In this document: positions 37,362-47,329 of the stretch, piece by piece | Numbering within the stretch: position 1 is the first letter of the stretch | Layout: each line of letters begins with the position of its first letter | Assembly: GCA_963677925.2 (NCBI GenBank) | Contig: CAXXYH010000004.1 | Location: forward strand, 576,001-640,000 | Direction: 5' to 3' | Length of the DNA: 64,000 bases | From: Spirochaetia bacterium | GTDB taxonomy: Bacteria; Spirochaetota; Spirochaetia; UBA9216 | Made by a program: the position numbers and the translations under genes | The notes under the pieces: model-generated | What the model saw: the letters and a program-made list of their open reading frames with translations, nothing else | Database searches by the model: none | Told to the model about the DNA's origin: nothing

Positions 37362-38912
37362 ATGATGAAAATTAAAAAATGGATGCTGGTCCCGGCACTT
37401 ATTGTCCTGGTTCTTTTGTCATCCTGCGGAGGCAGCAAAAGTGACGATTCCGCCCAGAATTCAAAAAATACGGAAGTGAAGAGTACTGAGCTTACTGTCG
37501 GAACTCTTGATTCCGCTGATGGTTTTGACCCTACCAGTAATTCAAACTGCGGTCTGGGGCTTTCTCTGGTTTATGATCCGATGCTGCTTCTTGATTATGA
37601 GACTGGTGAACTCCAGCCTAATCTGGTTGAGTCCTGGGACTATATTGACGACCTTACCCTGAAGCTTAAAATTAGGGAAAATGTTTCATTCTCAAACGGT
37701 GAAATTATGACACCTGAAGATGTTTTATATTCCATGCACCGTTTTATTATGGTGAAGACAAGGTTTGATCCGGGCTATGATGTAATAGATTTTGAAAATT
37801 CTGTTATTGACGGTTACAGTCTGACATTAAAACTTTTTGAACCCTCACCCGATCTCCTTTACGGAATGTGTAATGATCGCTGGGCTGCTGTCGTATGTAA
37901 ATCTTATGTAGAATCTACAGATGCCGATGCATTCTGGGACAAACCTGTCGGAACAGGCGCATATATCTGTACCGAAAATACGGCAGGCTCGATGGCTGTT
38001 TATGAAAGAAGAGAAGATTACTGGGGCGAGACTCCGGATGCCACAAAAATCACTATAAGATTTTATTCTGAATCGACAACAATGCTTGTAGATTTTATAA
38101 ACGGAGTTCTTGATATAGCTCTGGATGTAGGAAAGACAGATTATCTGGCAGCAAAAGACGGTCAGTACGATGATATCAATTACAAGGTTTTTCCGACTTA
38201 CGATATTCTTTCACTCACAATGCCTGAATACATGCCTATCTTTGAGGATATCAGAATCAGGAAGGCTGTTGCCATGGCTCTTGATGTAAGCTCTATCTGC
38301 AATGCCGTATATGGTGAACTTGGAACAGTTGCAGACTCCTGTATGATTAAGGGTGCCAGATTCTATGAGTCTGTAGGTATAAATGAGTACAACCCTGAGA
38401 GATCAAAAGAGCTTATTGCTGAAGCGGGATACAAACCCGGTGAAATTGAGCTGCTTATGCTATTTCCGTCTATGCCGGTTAATGATAAGGCTGCAACCAT
38501 TGTTCAGGCTCAGCTTGCAGAAGTCGGAATAACACTAAAAGTTGAAAGCGGTGACTTCGCCACTGTCATTCCGAGACTGATGAATAATGAATGTGAAATC
38601 GGCCTTTCGGGAACAGGCGGAGGGACATTTCTTGCAAGAGATATTCTTGCTGTTATAAGTGAAACTACAACAAATGCAGCCTGCAGAATTACGGATCCCG
38701 AACTTAACAAATGGATTAAACTCGGTGACACCTCAATGGATGAGCAGGTAAGAGCAGATGCTTATCTGAAAGCTCAGCAGCGCTGTCCGGAACTTTACCG
38801 CTATATCCCGATTGGATATTCCAATGCAGTTAATTTTTATCAGCCCGGAATTGACAACCTTGTCGGTATCATTGCCAGACATGTAAATCTCCGGTTAGTA
38901 AAAATTAAATAA
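37362..38912 (+). CDS. Opp/Dpp-family (SBP_bac_5) substrate-binding lipoprotein
   Basis: Lipobox LSSC; FSNGEIMTPEDV, PVGTGAY and RIRKAV motifs. Confidence 0.92.
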   Translation: MMKIKKWMLVPALIVLVLLSSCGGSKSDDSAQNSKNTEVKSTELTVGTLDSADGFDPTSNSNCGLGLSLVYDPMLLLDYETGELQPNLVESWDYIDDLTLKLKIRENVSFSNGEIMTPEDVLYSMHRFIMVKTRFDPGYDVIDFENSVIDGYSLTLKLFEPSPDLLYGMCNDRWAAVVCKSYVESTDADAFWDKPVGTGAYICTENTAGSMAVYERREDYWGETPDATKITIRFYSESTTMLVDFINGVLDIALDVGKTDYLAAKDGQYDDINYKVFPTYDILSLTMPEYMPIFEDIRIRKAVAMALDVSSICNAVYGELGTVADSCMIKGARFYESVGINEYNPERSKELIAEAGYKPGEIELLMLFPSMPVNDKAATIVQAQLAEVGITLKVESGDFATVIPRLMNNECEIGLSGTGGGTFLARDILAVISETTTNAACRITDPELNKWIKLGDTSMDEQVRADAYLKAQQRCPELYRYIPIGYSNAVNFYQPGIDNLVGIIARHVNLRLVKIK

Positions 38913-38932
38913 CTTAAATTATGTACTTGAGT

Positions 38933-38996
38933 CGGAGGAGCCTGTTATAGAGCTGACAGCTTTATAATCCTGCTCCTCCGCACATTGCGCGGAGGA
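38933..38996 (+). promoter_or_regulatory. Intercistronic stem-loop with an alternative anti-SD pairing
   Basis: 38972-38981 can pair either with 38933-38941 or with the SD-containing 38989-38996. Confidence 0.6.
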
Positions 38997-39000
38997 CTAT

Positions 39001-39984
39001 ATGCTTCAGTTTTTAATCAAGCGCATCTTATGGTGTTTTCCCATTCTGCTTGGTGCCATCTTTATCGTTTTTGCTATAAGTTTTATTGATCCCGGTGATC
39101 CTGTCGCCGCAATTCTTGGCGGAAGCTACACACAGGAGCAATATGATGCAAAGGAAGCCGAACTGGGGCTGGATAAACCCTTTCTTTCCCAGTTTGTCTC
39201 TTATGTATATGGAATGGTTACCGAAGGTGATCTTGGTATTTCATACACAACAAAGCGTCAGGTTGCTACCGAAATAAAAGACAGGTTCGGAATAACTTTT
39301 AAACTTGCAATCATCAGTATTCTGATAGCAGGCGGTCTTGGTATTCCCTTCGGTGTGCTTTCGGCGACCAAGCAGTATTCCATTGCAGATTATTCTGTAA
39401 CTACGGCATCGCTTCTGTTTGCATCAATGCCGGGTTTCTGGCTGGCGCTGATGCTTATTCTGGCGTTTTCACTGAATCTAAAAATTTTTCCGGCCTCAGG
39501 GCTTACCTCCTGGAAGAGCTGGGTACTTCCTGCATGTGCCTCCGGACTTTCATTTATTGCGACCATAACAAGGATGACGAGATCCTCGATGCTTGATGTC
39601 GTAAGACAGGATTACATCCGCACGGCAAGGGCCAAGGGATTATCGGAAGGTTCTGTTATCAGGAAACATGCTCTGAAGAATGCCCTTATTCCAATCATTA
39701 CAACTATTGGTTTTCAGTTCGGTCTGCTGATCTCCGGCTCGGTTATTGTTGAAACTATTTTCAGTATGCCGGGTCTTGGTACCCTGATGATGTCGGCAAT
39801 AAACAACCGTGACTATCCGGTTATTGAAGGCTGTGTTGTTGTTCTGGCTGTTCTTATCAGTCTGATAAACCTGCTTGTAGACATAGCCTATGGAATTGCG
39901 GATCCGAGAATTCTTGAACATTACCGATCGTCAGGCAGAAGAAAAAAATTACAGAACGGCTGTGTTGAAGGTGAGGCAAATTAA
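39001..39984 (+). CDS. Opp/Dpp ABC permease (B-type)
   Basis: PGDP, GDLG, TRSSMLDV…DYIRTARAKGL and ETIFSMPGLG motifs. Confidence 0.93.
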   Translation: MLQFLIKRILWCFPILLGAIFIVFAISFIDPGDPVAAILGGSYTQEQYDAKEAELGLDKPFLSQFVSYVYGMVTEGDLGISYTTKRQVATEIKDRFGITFKLAIISILIAGGLGIPFGVLSATKQYSIADYSVTTASLLFASMPGFWLALMLILAFSLNLKIFPASGLTSWKSWVLPACASGLSFIATITRMTRSSMLDVVRQDYIRTARAKGLSEGSVIRKHALKNALIPIITTIGFQFGLLISGSVIVETIFSMPGLGTLMMSAINNRDYPVIEGCVVVLAVLISLINLLVDIAYGIADPRILEHYRSSGRRKKLQNGCVEGEAN

Positions 39985-40917
39985 ATGAACTTCAGAAAAA
40001 AAGAATACGGCTTCAATGAAGAAGAGTACCGGGAAAGAGAATTTGACCGGGAGGTTGAGTATGAGGATCTTAAAAAACGAAGCCAGTTTAAAGATATATG
40101 GAAAAGATTAAGACGCAACAAGCTTGCAATGATCGGAATGGTTCTTGTAGTTATTCTGATCTTCGCTGCGGTCTTTGCGGACTTTATTGCTCCATATGAA
40201 TACAGCAGACAGGATCTTGCTCATTCAATGGAGATGCCAAGCGGAAAACATCTGCTTGGGACAGACGATTACGGCAGGGATATCCTGAGCCGGATTATCT
40301 ATGGAGGGAGGATTTCTCTGCTTGTCGCTATTACTGCTATTGCAATGGCTCTGATAGTCGGCGGAGCTCTGGGTGTTACCGCCGGATACTTCAGCGGAAT
40401 CTATGACGGATTTGTGATGCGGATAATGGATGTGATTATGGCCATTCCGGGTTTTCTTCTTGCTGTCTGCGTTTCCGCAGCTCTGGGAGCAGGTGTCCAG
40501 AATACTGCAATTGCTATATCTGTAGGCTGTGTGCCCGGTTATGCCCGTTTGATGCGGGCCCTGGTCCTGTCAATCCGCAGCCAGGAATATATTGAGGCGG
40601 CAAGGGTCTGCGGAGCCGGCAACTTCAGAATTATGCTCACTGAAATAATTCCGAATATTCTATCACCGATTATTGTTGAATCAACACTGAGGGTTGGTGC
40701 ATGCATACTTATGATATCAAGCCTTTCATTTATCGGACTTGGTGTTCAGCCTCCGGATGCAGAATGGGGCTCGATGCTCTCAGCCGGCCGTCAGTATATA
40801 CGTTCATTCTGGCCGATAGTTACATTTCCCGGTCTTGCAATAATGGTGACGCTGTTCGGATTTAACCTGTTCGGTGACGGACTGCGCGATGCTCTTGATC
40901 CGCGGTTGAAACATTAA
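39985..40917 (+). CDS. Opp/Dpp ABC permease (C-type)
   Basis: HLLGTDDYGRD, EYIEAARVCG, LSFIGLG and GDGLRDALDP motifs. Confidence 0.93.
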   Translation: MNFRKKEYGFNEEEYREREFDREVEYEDLKKRSQFKDIWKRLRRNKLAMIGMVLVVILIFAAVFADFIAPYEYSRQDLAHSMEMPSGKHLLGTDDYGRDILSRIIYGGRISLLVAITAIAMALIVGGALGVTAGYFSGIYDGFVMRIMDVIMAIPGFLLAVCVSAALGAGVQNTAIAISVGCVPGYARLMRALVLSIRSQEYIEAARVCGAGNFRIMLTEIIPNILSPIIVESTLRVGACILMISSLSFIGLGVQPPDAEWGSMLSAGRQYIRSFWPIVTFPGLAIMVTLFGFNLFGDGLRDALDPRLKH

Positions 40918-40934
40918 GGAGGAGTACTTAAAAG

Positions 40935-41930
40935 ATGAACCTGCTGGAAATTAAGGATCTTACCATCCATTATATTACCGATGACGGTACAGTTAAGGCC
41001 GTAAACGGTATAAATCTTTCCATTGAAGACGGGGATACTCTGGGTCTGGTTGGTGAAACCGGGGCCGGAAAGACCACTACGGCCCTGGGCGTGATGCGGC
41101 TCGTACCTGATCCCCCCGGGAAGATTATTGCCGGCGATATAGTTTTTGACGGAAAAAGTCTTTTAAAGAGATCTGAATCGGAGATGAGAAAAATCAGGGG
41201 AAACAGTATTTCTATGGTTTTTCAGGATCCGATGACTGCTCTTAACCCGGTAATCCGTGTTGATGAGCAGATTGCTGAAGTTATCAGATTTCATACAAAA
41301 TGCACCAGAAGCGAGGCTGTCAGACAGGCCCTGCAGATGCTTGAAAAGGTAGGAATTCCCGCAGAGCGCGGAAAGGATTATCCCCACCAGTTTTCAGGAG
41401 GGATGAAACAGCGTGTTGTAATAGCAATTACGCTTGCCTGTACGCCTAAACTTATTATCGCTGATGAACCGACAACTGCACTTGATGTAACCATTCAGGC
41501 GCAGGTGCTTGATATGATGAAAGAGCTCAAGGAAGAATCCGGTTCATCAATGCTGCTCATTACCCATGATCTTGGTGTAGTGGCTGAAACCTGCAACAGG
41601 GTTGCAATAATGTATGCCGGGGAAATAGTAGAATATGGAAGCCTCCGGGATGTTTTTAAACAGACATCACATCCATATACAAAGGGATTATTTCATTCAA
41701 TCCCTTCACTTGAAGAAGATTATGAACGGCTTCGCCCAATCGTCGGTCTGATGCCTGATCCGTCAAAGCTTCCATCGGGCTGCAGTTTTCATCCTAGATG
41801 CCCCCACTGCATGGATATCTGCAGGGAAAGGAAGCCTCATGAAGTGTTAGTATCAGATGGACACCGGGTTCTCTGCCATCTTTTTGCAGAAGGTGAGGGA
41901 CATAAAGCAAGGAGGACCCCATTAACATGA
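40935..41930 (+). CDS. Opp/Dpp ABC ATPase (D-type)
   Basis: [24 protein letters not shown]; C-terminal GCxFxPRC. Confidence 0.94.
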   Translation: MNLLEIKDLTIHYITDDGTVKAVNGINLSIEDGDTLGLVGETGAGKTTTALGVMRLVPDPPGKIIAGDIVFDGKSLLKRSESEMRKIRGNSISMVFQDPMTALNPVIRVDEQIAEVIRFHTKCTRSEAVRQALQMLEKVGIPAERGKDYPHQFSGGMKQRVVIAITLACTPKLIIADEPTTALDVTIQAQVLDMMKELKEESGSSMLLITHDLGVVAETCNRVAIMYAGEIVEYGSLRDVFKQTSHPYTKGLFHSIPSLEEDYERLRPIVGLMPDPSKLPSGCSFHPRCPHCMDICRERKPHEVLVSDGHRVLCHLFAEGEGHKARRTPLT

Positions 41931-42874
41931 GCAGCACAATCCTTCAGGTAAAGAACCTGCAGAAATACTTCAGTACACCGCTTGGAGATCTTCACGCAGT
42001 GGATAACATTTCATTTTCTCTGGAAACAGGAAAGACTCTGGGTGTAGTCGGTGAATCAGGCTGCGGGAAATCAACACTGGGCAGAACCCTTCTTGGTTTA
42101 ACCGAATCGACCGGCGGAAAAATATTTTTTAAAAATATGGATATTACCAATGCCGGTAAAAAAGAGAAGAAGCTTCTGCGCCGTGAAATGCAGCTGATCT
42201 TCCAGGATCCGTATTCTTCACTGAATCCGCGGCAGTGTGTTTTTGATTTAATAGCTCTGCCGTTGAAAGTTTTTCATGTCTGTTCATCTAAAAATGCGCT
42301 TCGAAACAGTGTCTTTGAGCTTATGGATACTGTTGGCCTGGCCCGCAGGCTGGCATTTTCATATCCTCATGAACTGGATGGCGGCAGAAGGCAGAGAATC
42401 GGAATCGCACGTGCCCTTGCCCTGAACCCGAAATTCATTGTATGCGACGAACCGGTTTCAGCTCTGGATGTTTCTATCCAGGCTCAGGTGCTGAACCTGC
42501 TGCAGGATCTTCAGGATGAAAAAAATCTTACATATATTTTTATTACTCACGATCTTTCTGTCGTGAAGCATATTTCAGATTTGATAATGGTTATGTATCT
42601 GGGTACTGCGGTGGAATACTGTGAGGCTAAAACACTGTTCCGGAATCCGCTTCACCCGTATACAAAGGGGCTTTTATCGGCTATTCCCAACCCGGATATA
42701 GACGCAAAAAAAGAAAGAGTGATTCTAAAAGGTGAACTTTGTTCTCCGGTTAATCCACAACCTGGATGCAGATTTGCACCCCGCTGTCCGCTGGCTACTG
42801 ATGCCTGTTTTGAAACAGCGCCTCTGTTGAGGGCTGTTTCACCGGAACAATCTGTTGCATGTCATAACGTGTAA
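41927..42874 (+). CDS. Opp/Dpp ABC ATPase (F-type)
   Basis: GESGCGKS, LDGGRRQR, DEPVSALD and GCRFAPRC motifs. Confidence 0.94.
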   Translation: MSSTILQVKNLQKYFSTPLGDLHAVDNISFSLETGKTLGVVGESGCGKSTLGRTLLGLTESTGGKIFFKNMDITNAGKKEKKLLRREMQLIFQDPYSSLNPRQCVFDLIALPLKVFHVCSSKNALRNSVFELMDTVGLARRLAFSYPHELDGGRRQRIGIARALALNPKFIVCDEPVSALDVSIQAQVLNLLQDLQDEKNLTYIFITHDLSVVKHISDLIMVMYLGTAVEYCEAKTLFRNPLHPYTKGLLSAIPNPDIDAKKERVILKGELCSPVNPQPGCRFAPRCPLATDACFETAPLLRAVSPEQSVACHNV

Positions 42875-42894
42875 ACTTAATAAGAGGATAAAAA

Positions 42895-43722
42895 ATGAAA
42901 CAGAAAAAAGCTTTGATCCTTTATGGAACAATGACAAAAAATACAGAAAAAATTGCGCTTTGGTTTAAAGAGACTTTTGAGGAATATAACTGGGACGTTA
43001 CCCTGTTCAGGCTTTCAAACGGCGCAGACTATAGAGGAATGCAGAAAAGTCTGTATTTCGATGACTATGATGTTGTCTGTCTCGGCAGTCCAATTGTTGC
43101 AGGTGCACCAATTCAGCCGGTTATTAAGGCTTTAAGTCTGGGAGGAGGCGGAGCACTTGAGAAGGAAGTTCAGGACAAGCTTGATTCCTCAAAGAATGAG
43201 GATGCCGCTGCAGCACCGGCTAAACCGGGCGCTTCATGGCGACGCGCTCAGGCACCTTATGCCGGGACAATGAACCGGGGTGAGAGCATACCGCTTGGAA
43301 TTGTTTTCAGTACATACGGCGGCGGCTTCTACGGATCCGGAGAGGCAATGGCCACGCTGGAAACGCTTAAGCTGTATCTTACAATCAATAACGTGAATGT
43401 AGTCGGCAAGTTCTGCTGCGCAGGAAGGGAAACAGGGCCTGCGGGTTTTCCCACAGGAGTAAAACCTCCTGCATTCTTTATTCCGGGGAAGAAGGGTAAG
43501 GACGTTCCGCCTGCAGATGTTGCAGATGCAGTCAGTTATGAAATGAAAGACGGAACCCGCCGCCCGGGGTCATATTTCTTCCATTATGATCTGGATGAAA
43601 AACCCGGAGACCGGGAGGAATCAAAGGCCAAAGCCTTTATATCGGATTTTGTTGAAGACTTCTTCATGACATATGACGGTGTACCAAACCCGGCCATATC
43701 AGAAATATTATCAATCAGCTGA
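42895..43722 (+). CDS. Flavodoxin-like protein with Pro/Gly-rich insertions
   Basis: ILYGTMTKNT FMN-phosphate loop, YDVVCLGSP, VFSTYGG. Confidence 0.75.
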   Translation: MKQKKALILYGTMTKNTEKIALWFKETFEEYNWDVTLFRLSNGADYRGMQKSLYFDDYDVVCLGSPIVAGAPIQPVIKALSLGGGGALEKEVQDKLDSSKNEDAAAAPAKPGASWRRAQAPYAGTMNRGESIPLGIVFSTYGGGFYGSGEAMATLETLKLYLTINNVNVVGKFCCAGRETGPAGFPTGVKPPAFFIPGKKGKDVPPADVADAVSYEMKDGTRRPGSYFFHYDLDEKPGDREESKAKAFISDFVEDFFMTYDGVPNPAISEILSIS

Positions 43723-43736
43723 GAGGAGGCAGAAAT

Positions 43737-44714
43737 ATGGCAAAAAGAAAAGCACTTGTTATATACGGCTCCATAACCGGAAATACCGGGATGGTAGCAA
43801 GAGAGTTTAAAACAGTATGTGAAAGTTACGGTTTTGAGACAGACCTGGTGAAAATTGATCCGAGACGTGACTGGGATAAGGATCCTGTGTTTATACAGGA
43901 TTATGAACTTGTCTGTCTTGGCGGTCCGATTATTGCCGGCCTTCCGTACAAGGCTGTCAGCATGCTTATGGGCCTTCAGGGTAAAAAGCAGCTTTACCGA
44001 AACCGGGAAATTTATGAAAGAATAATGGAACTGAAGGCGAAGGGCCTTCCATTGGGCCCGGGTGCAGGTGAAAAGGTTATGCCCGATGCAATTCCGGGCG
44101 TGCATATGAATACAGGTGTTCCCGGAATTACGGCTCCCTCAACAGGAACCGGAGCTCCCGGCTCAAAGTCGGAACCGAACCTGAAAACAATCTACGGAAT
44201 TGCTTTCAGCACCTACGGCGGCAGCGGTGTCGGACCGGAGGAATGCTACGGTACTCTTGAAGTTTTTGTGGAATACCTGAGAGTCAATGGTATCCGCTGT
44301 GTAGGCAAGTTTGCCTGTCCAGGAAAGGAGCTCCGGCATGAGTCTGTTGATAAGCTTGCAAGCGTTCTAAAAATGAACATTGACGATTCCCAGGCTTTGA
44401 TGCAGAGATATGTCGATGATCCTGAAGATCCCGAATATTTAAAACTGACACCTGAACAGCAGAAGGTTGTTGCAGAGGCAGCTGGTGTTAAGGATGAAGA
44501 GAGTTTCGGAGATGACCCGATGATGGTTGATAATGATCCGATGGGAATCGGCAAGCCTGGTTCTGTATGCTGGCATTATGATTTTCAAAACAGACCAAGC
44601 GAGCGGGATTTGACAAAGGCAAATATCTTTCTTTCCGAGGTGATTGAAGATTATTTTCTTACCTTTACCGGTGATCCGAGGCCCCCATATTCAATCTATA
44701 CCAGTATAAGCTGA
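43737..44714 (+). CDS. Flavodoxin-like protein with insertions (paralogue of the previous gene)
   Basis: VIYGSITGNT, YELVCLGGP, AFSTYGG, VGKFACPG. Confidence 0.75.
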   Translation: MAKRKALVIYGSITGNTGMVAREFKTVCESYGFETDLVKIDPRRDWDKDPVFIQDYELVCLGGPIIAGLPYKAVSMLMGLQGKKQLYRNREIYERIMELKAKGLPLGPGAGEKVMPDAIPGVHMNTGVPGITAPSTGTGAPGSKSEPNLKTIYGIAFSTYGGSGVGPEECYGTLEVFVEYLRVNGIRCVGKFACPGKELRHESVDKLASVLKMNIDDSQALMQRYVDDPEDPEYLKLTPEQQKVVAEAAGVKDEESFGDDPMMVDNDPMGIGKPGSVCWHYDFQNRPSERDLTKANIFLSEVIEDYFLTFTGDPRPPYSIYTSIS

Positions 44715-44734
44715 ATCTGAAAGGGAATGAAATT

Positions 44735-45142
44735 ATGGCAGTATCAGGAACTTATTATATTAAAAAACGGCTGCCCTCTCCTGAGCTTGTACATGGAGAG
44801 GGGTTTAAGCCCGATTTGAATGCCGGCCCCCCGCCGAAGACGCCGCCCCGTCCTAAGGTCATTCTCCCTGAATATGGGAAAGTGGACAGGAACTTCTTTG
44901 AGGGCGATATGCTTTTTGAATTCGAAGCTCAGCCGGACGGCACATTAACCGGAACAGCAGACGGCGTTCCGATATATTCCGGTTTCTATACAGGTGATGA
45001 ATTTTTTACTGTTGATTATCCTGCAGGGCCCGGCAGATGGGAAGTCTGGGCTCGTGTTGATGAAGACGGCAGTCTGATCGGAATGATCTCGGTTAAAGGC
45101 GGTGGATTTCCCAATCTTGTCTACGGTAAAAAAATTTCATGA
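44735..45142 (+). CDS. Hypothetical small beta-rich protein with a Pro-rich insert
   Basis: 135 aa, operonic spacing, GPPPKTPPRP segment, GTLTG…WEVWARVDEDG strands. Confidence 0.7.
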   Translation: MAVSGTYYIKKRLPSPELVHGEGFKPDLNAGPPPKTPPRPKVILPEYGKVDRNFFEGDMLFEFEAQPDGTLTGTADGVPIYSGFYTGDEFFTVDYPAGPGRWEVWARVDEDGSLIGMISVKGGGFPNLVYGKKIS

Positions 45143-45268
45143 ACATGGAAACATTATTTTTGAATGTAAACTGAATGTAAAAATTGTGAACTGCGGATCA
45201 GAAATTCTGATCAGATTAAAAAAATATCATGTAAAGTAGTTTTCAAGAATGAAAATATAGGAGTTATT

Positions 45269-47257
45269 ATGTCACAACCATATCCGCACCTGCTTTCTCC
45301 GCTTAAATGCGGTAAGTTTATCTTTAAAAACAGAATGGAATCATCCAATTCTCTTCCGCACTTTTCTCAGGGACCGGAAGAATATATAGCTGATCCTCTG
45401 ATGAATCACTTTATCGGCCGGGCCAGAAACGGTGCCGCCCTTGTTACTCTTGCCGGATTTGATGATAATGTTGATTCTCCGCCGTTTCCTGATACCCTTG
45501 ATGTTGCCCACTTTCCCGATTTTGATATGCGCAATGCTAAATGTCAGAACTATCTGCTTGAGATGATAGAGGCCCTGCATTATGAGGGAACCCTTGTCAG
45601 CGGCTCCCTTTTTTCCGCCAATAAAAAATTCCGTTATATTAATGAGGACGGTGAACTGGAAATAATCTGTGCCGATAAGGGTGCTCCGGACGGTGATGCT
45701 ACTCATGCCATGATGCATGAATATACTGATGATAAGGTAACTAAGGAAGAGCTTGTTAAAATCGCAAAGAGCTACGGTCAGCAGGCTGCCTTTTACAAGC
45801 GTCTCGGTTTTGATGCTGTTACTATTCATATGAGCTACCGTGCTCAGCTTCCTTCCCAGATGCTTTCACCGTTAAGCAATCACCGTACAGATGAGTTCAA
45901 CGGTTCTCTGGAAAACCGTGCCCGCTTTCCGCTCATGATGCTTGAAGAAATTAAGAAGGCCGTCGGCAATGACATGCTTATCGAGATTCAGCATTCCGGC
46001 GTTGAGCCCGAAGGAGGATATACTGTTGAGGAAGCTATCGAGTTTCTTCGACTTGCCGAGCCCTATGTTGATATCGTACAGGTTAGAGCCTCTGAAGGTG
46101 ATGAGAATCATCCCACAAACTATAACCCGGAAAAGACACCCTTCCTTGAGCTTACTTCAAAAATTAAAGCTGCAGGTCTTGATATGCTGGTGAGTAATGT
46201 CGGCGGGTGGTTTCATCCGGAACTGGCCGACAAGGCTATTGCAGAGGGAAAACTCGATCTCGTTGCAATGGCAAGATCCTGGATCTCGAATCCTGACTAC
46301 GGAGAAAAGCTCTATGAAGACCGCAGCGATGATCTGGTTCCATGTATCCGCTGCAATAAATGTCACGGGCGCGGTAAAAACGACGCTCTTACTACTGTCT
46401 GTTCGGTGAATCCGCGCTTCGGTCTTGAAGCAGTTGAGCGATACCTGGTAACCCCTGCAAAGAAATCCAAGAATGTAGCAATAATCGGAGGCGGTCCCGC
46501 AGGAATGAGGACAGCATTGTACCTTACTGAAAGAGGTCATAAAGTTACAATATTTGAAGCAGAATCAAGGCTTGGCGGTGTGCTTGTTCATACCGAAAAT
46601 GTTGATTTCAAGTGGACCCTGAAAGAATATCTGGACTACCTTGTCTATCAGGTGAAGAAGCAGAGGATAGCTGTACAGCTGAATACACGAGTTACACCGG
46701 ATATGCTGTTTGATAACTATGATGCCGTAATTGCTGCAATAGGTGCTGAACCTGTGGTGCCCGGAATTCCTGGAGTTGAGGGTGAAAATGTAATTATGGC
46801 AATGGATGTCCTTATGAAGACAAAGCCGATTGGACAGAATGTTGTAGTTATAGGAGGCGGTGAGGTTGGTACGGAAACAGGCATGTATATCGCAAAAACA
46901 GGCCGGAATGTAACAGTTCTGGAAATGCGCGATGAGCTTGCGGCTGATACCACAATCATGCATTACCGATCTATGTTTCAGGAAGCATGGGAAGCAATAC
47001 CCACCTTCAGTTTTGTGCTTAATGCTGCAGCAAAGGAAATTTGTGGGGATAAGGTTATCTACACCGATAAGGATGGAAACACTAAGGAACTTGCTGCAGA
47101 TACTGTTGTTCTGTCCGTCGGTATGAAAGCCAGGAAAGACGAAGCTCTTTCCTTCTACGGAGCAGGTGACCGCTTTTATATGGTAGGCGACTGTTATCAG
47201 CCCGGAACTGTACAGACTGTTAACCGCAGTGCATTCGTAACTGCATCAAGTATGTAA
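45269..47257 (+). CDS. NADH:flavin oxidoreductase (OYE/4Fe-4S/FAD; 2,4-dienoyl-CoA reductase/BaiCD-like architecture)
   Basis: NHRTDEFNGSLENRARF, CIRCNKC…CSVNP, IIGGGPAG, VIGGGEVG, VGDC. Confidence 0.9.
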   Translation: MSQPYPHLLSPLKCGKFIFKNRMESSNSLPHFSQGPEEYIADPLMNHFIGRARNGAALVTLAGFDDNVDSPPFPDTLDVAHFPDFDMRNAKCQNYLLEMIEALHYEGTLVSGSLFSANKKFRYINEDGELEIICADKGAPDGDATHAMMHEYTDDKVTKEELVKIAKSYGQQAAFYKRLGFDAVTIHMSYRAQLPSQMLSPLSNHRTDEFNGSLENRARFPLMMLEEIKKAVGNDMLIEIQHSGVEPEGGYTVEEAIEFLRLAEPYVDIVQVRASEGDENHPTNYNPEKTPFLELTSKIKAAGLDMLVSNVGGWFHPELADKAIAEGKLDLVAMARSWISNPDYGEKLYEDRSDDLVPCIRCNKCHGRGKNDALTTVCSVNPRFGLEAVERYLVTPAKKSKNVAIIGGGPAGMRTALYLTERGHKVTIFEAESRLGGVLVHTENVDFKWTLKEYLDYLVYQVKKQRIAVQLNTRVTPDMLFDNYDAVIAAIGAEPVVPGIPGVEGENVIMAMDVLMKTKPIGQNVVVIGGGEVGTETGMYIAKTGRNVTVLEMRDELAADTTIMHYRSMFQEAWEAIPTFSFVLNAAAKEICGDKVIYTDKDGNTKELAADTVVLSVGMKARKDEALSFYGAGDRFYMVGDCYQPGTVQTVNRSAFVTASSM

Positions 47258-47280
47258 TTTTCTGTTTTAGCTAATCTATA

Positions 47281-47310
47281 AAAAAGGGACGGTCATCTCT
47301 GACCGTCCCT
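47281..47310 (-). terminator. Rho-independent terminator, probably bidirectional
   Basis: 11-bp stem AGGGACGGTCA/TGACCGTCCCT, 4-nt loop, A-tract on the left. Confidence 0.8.
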
Positions 47311-47329
47311 CAATTCATTAAAAGTTAAT

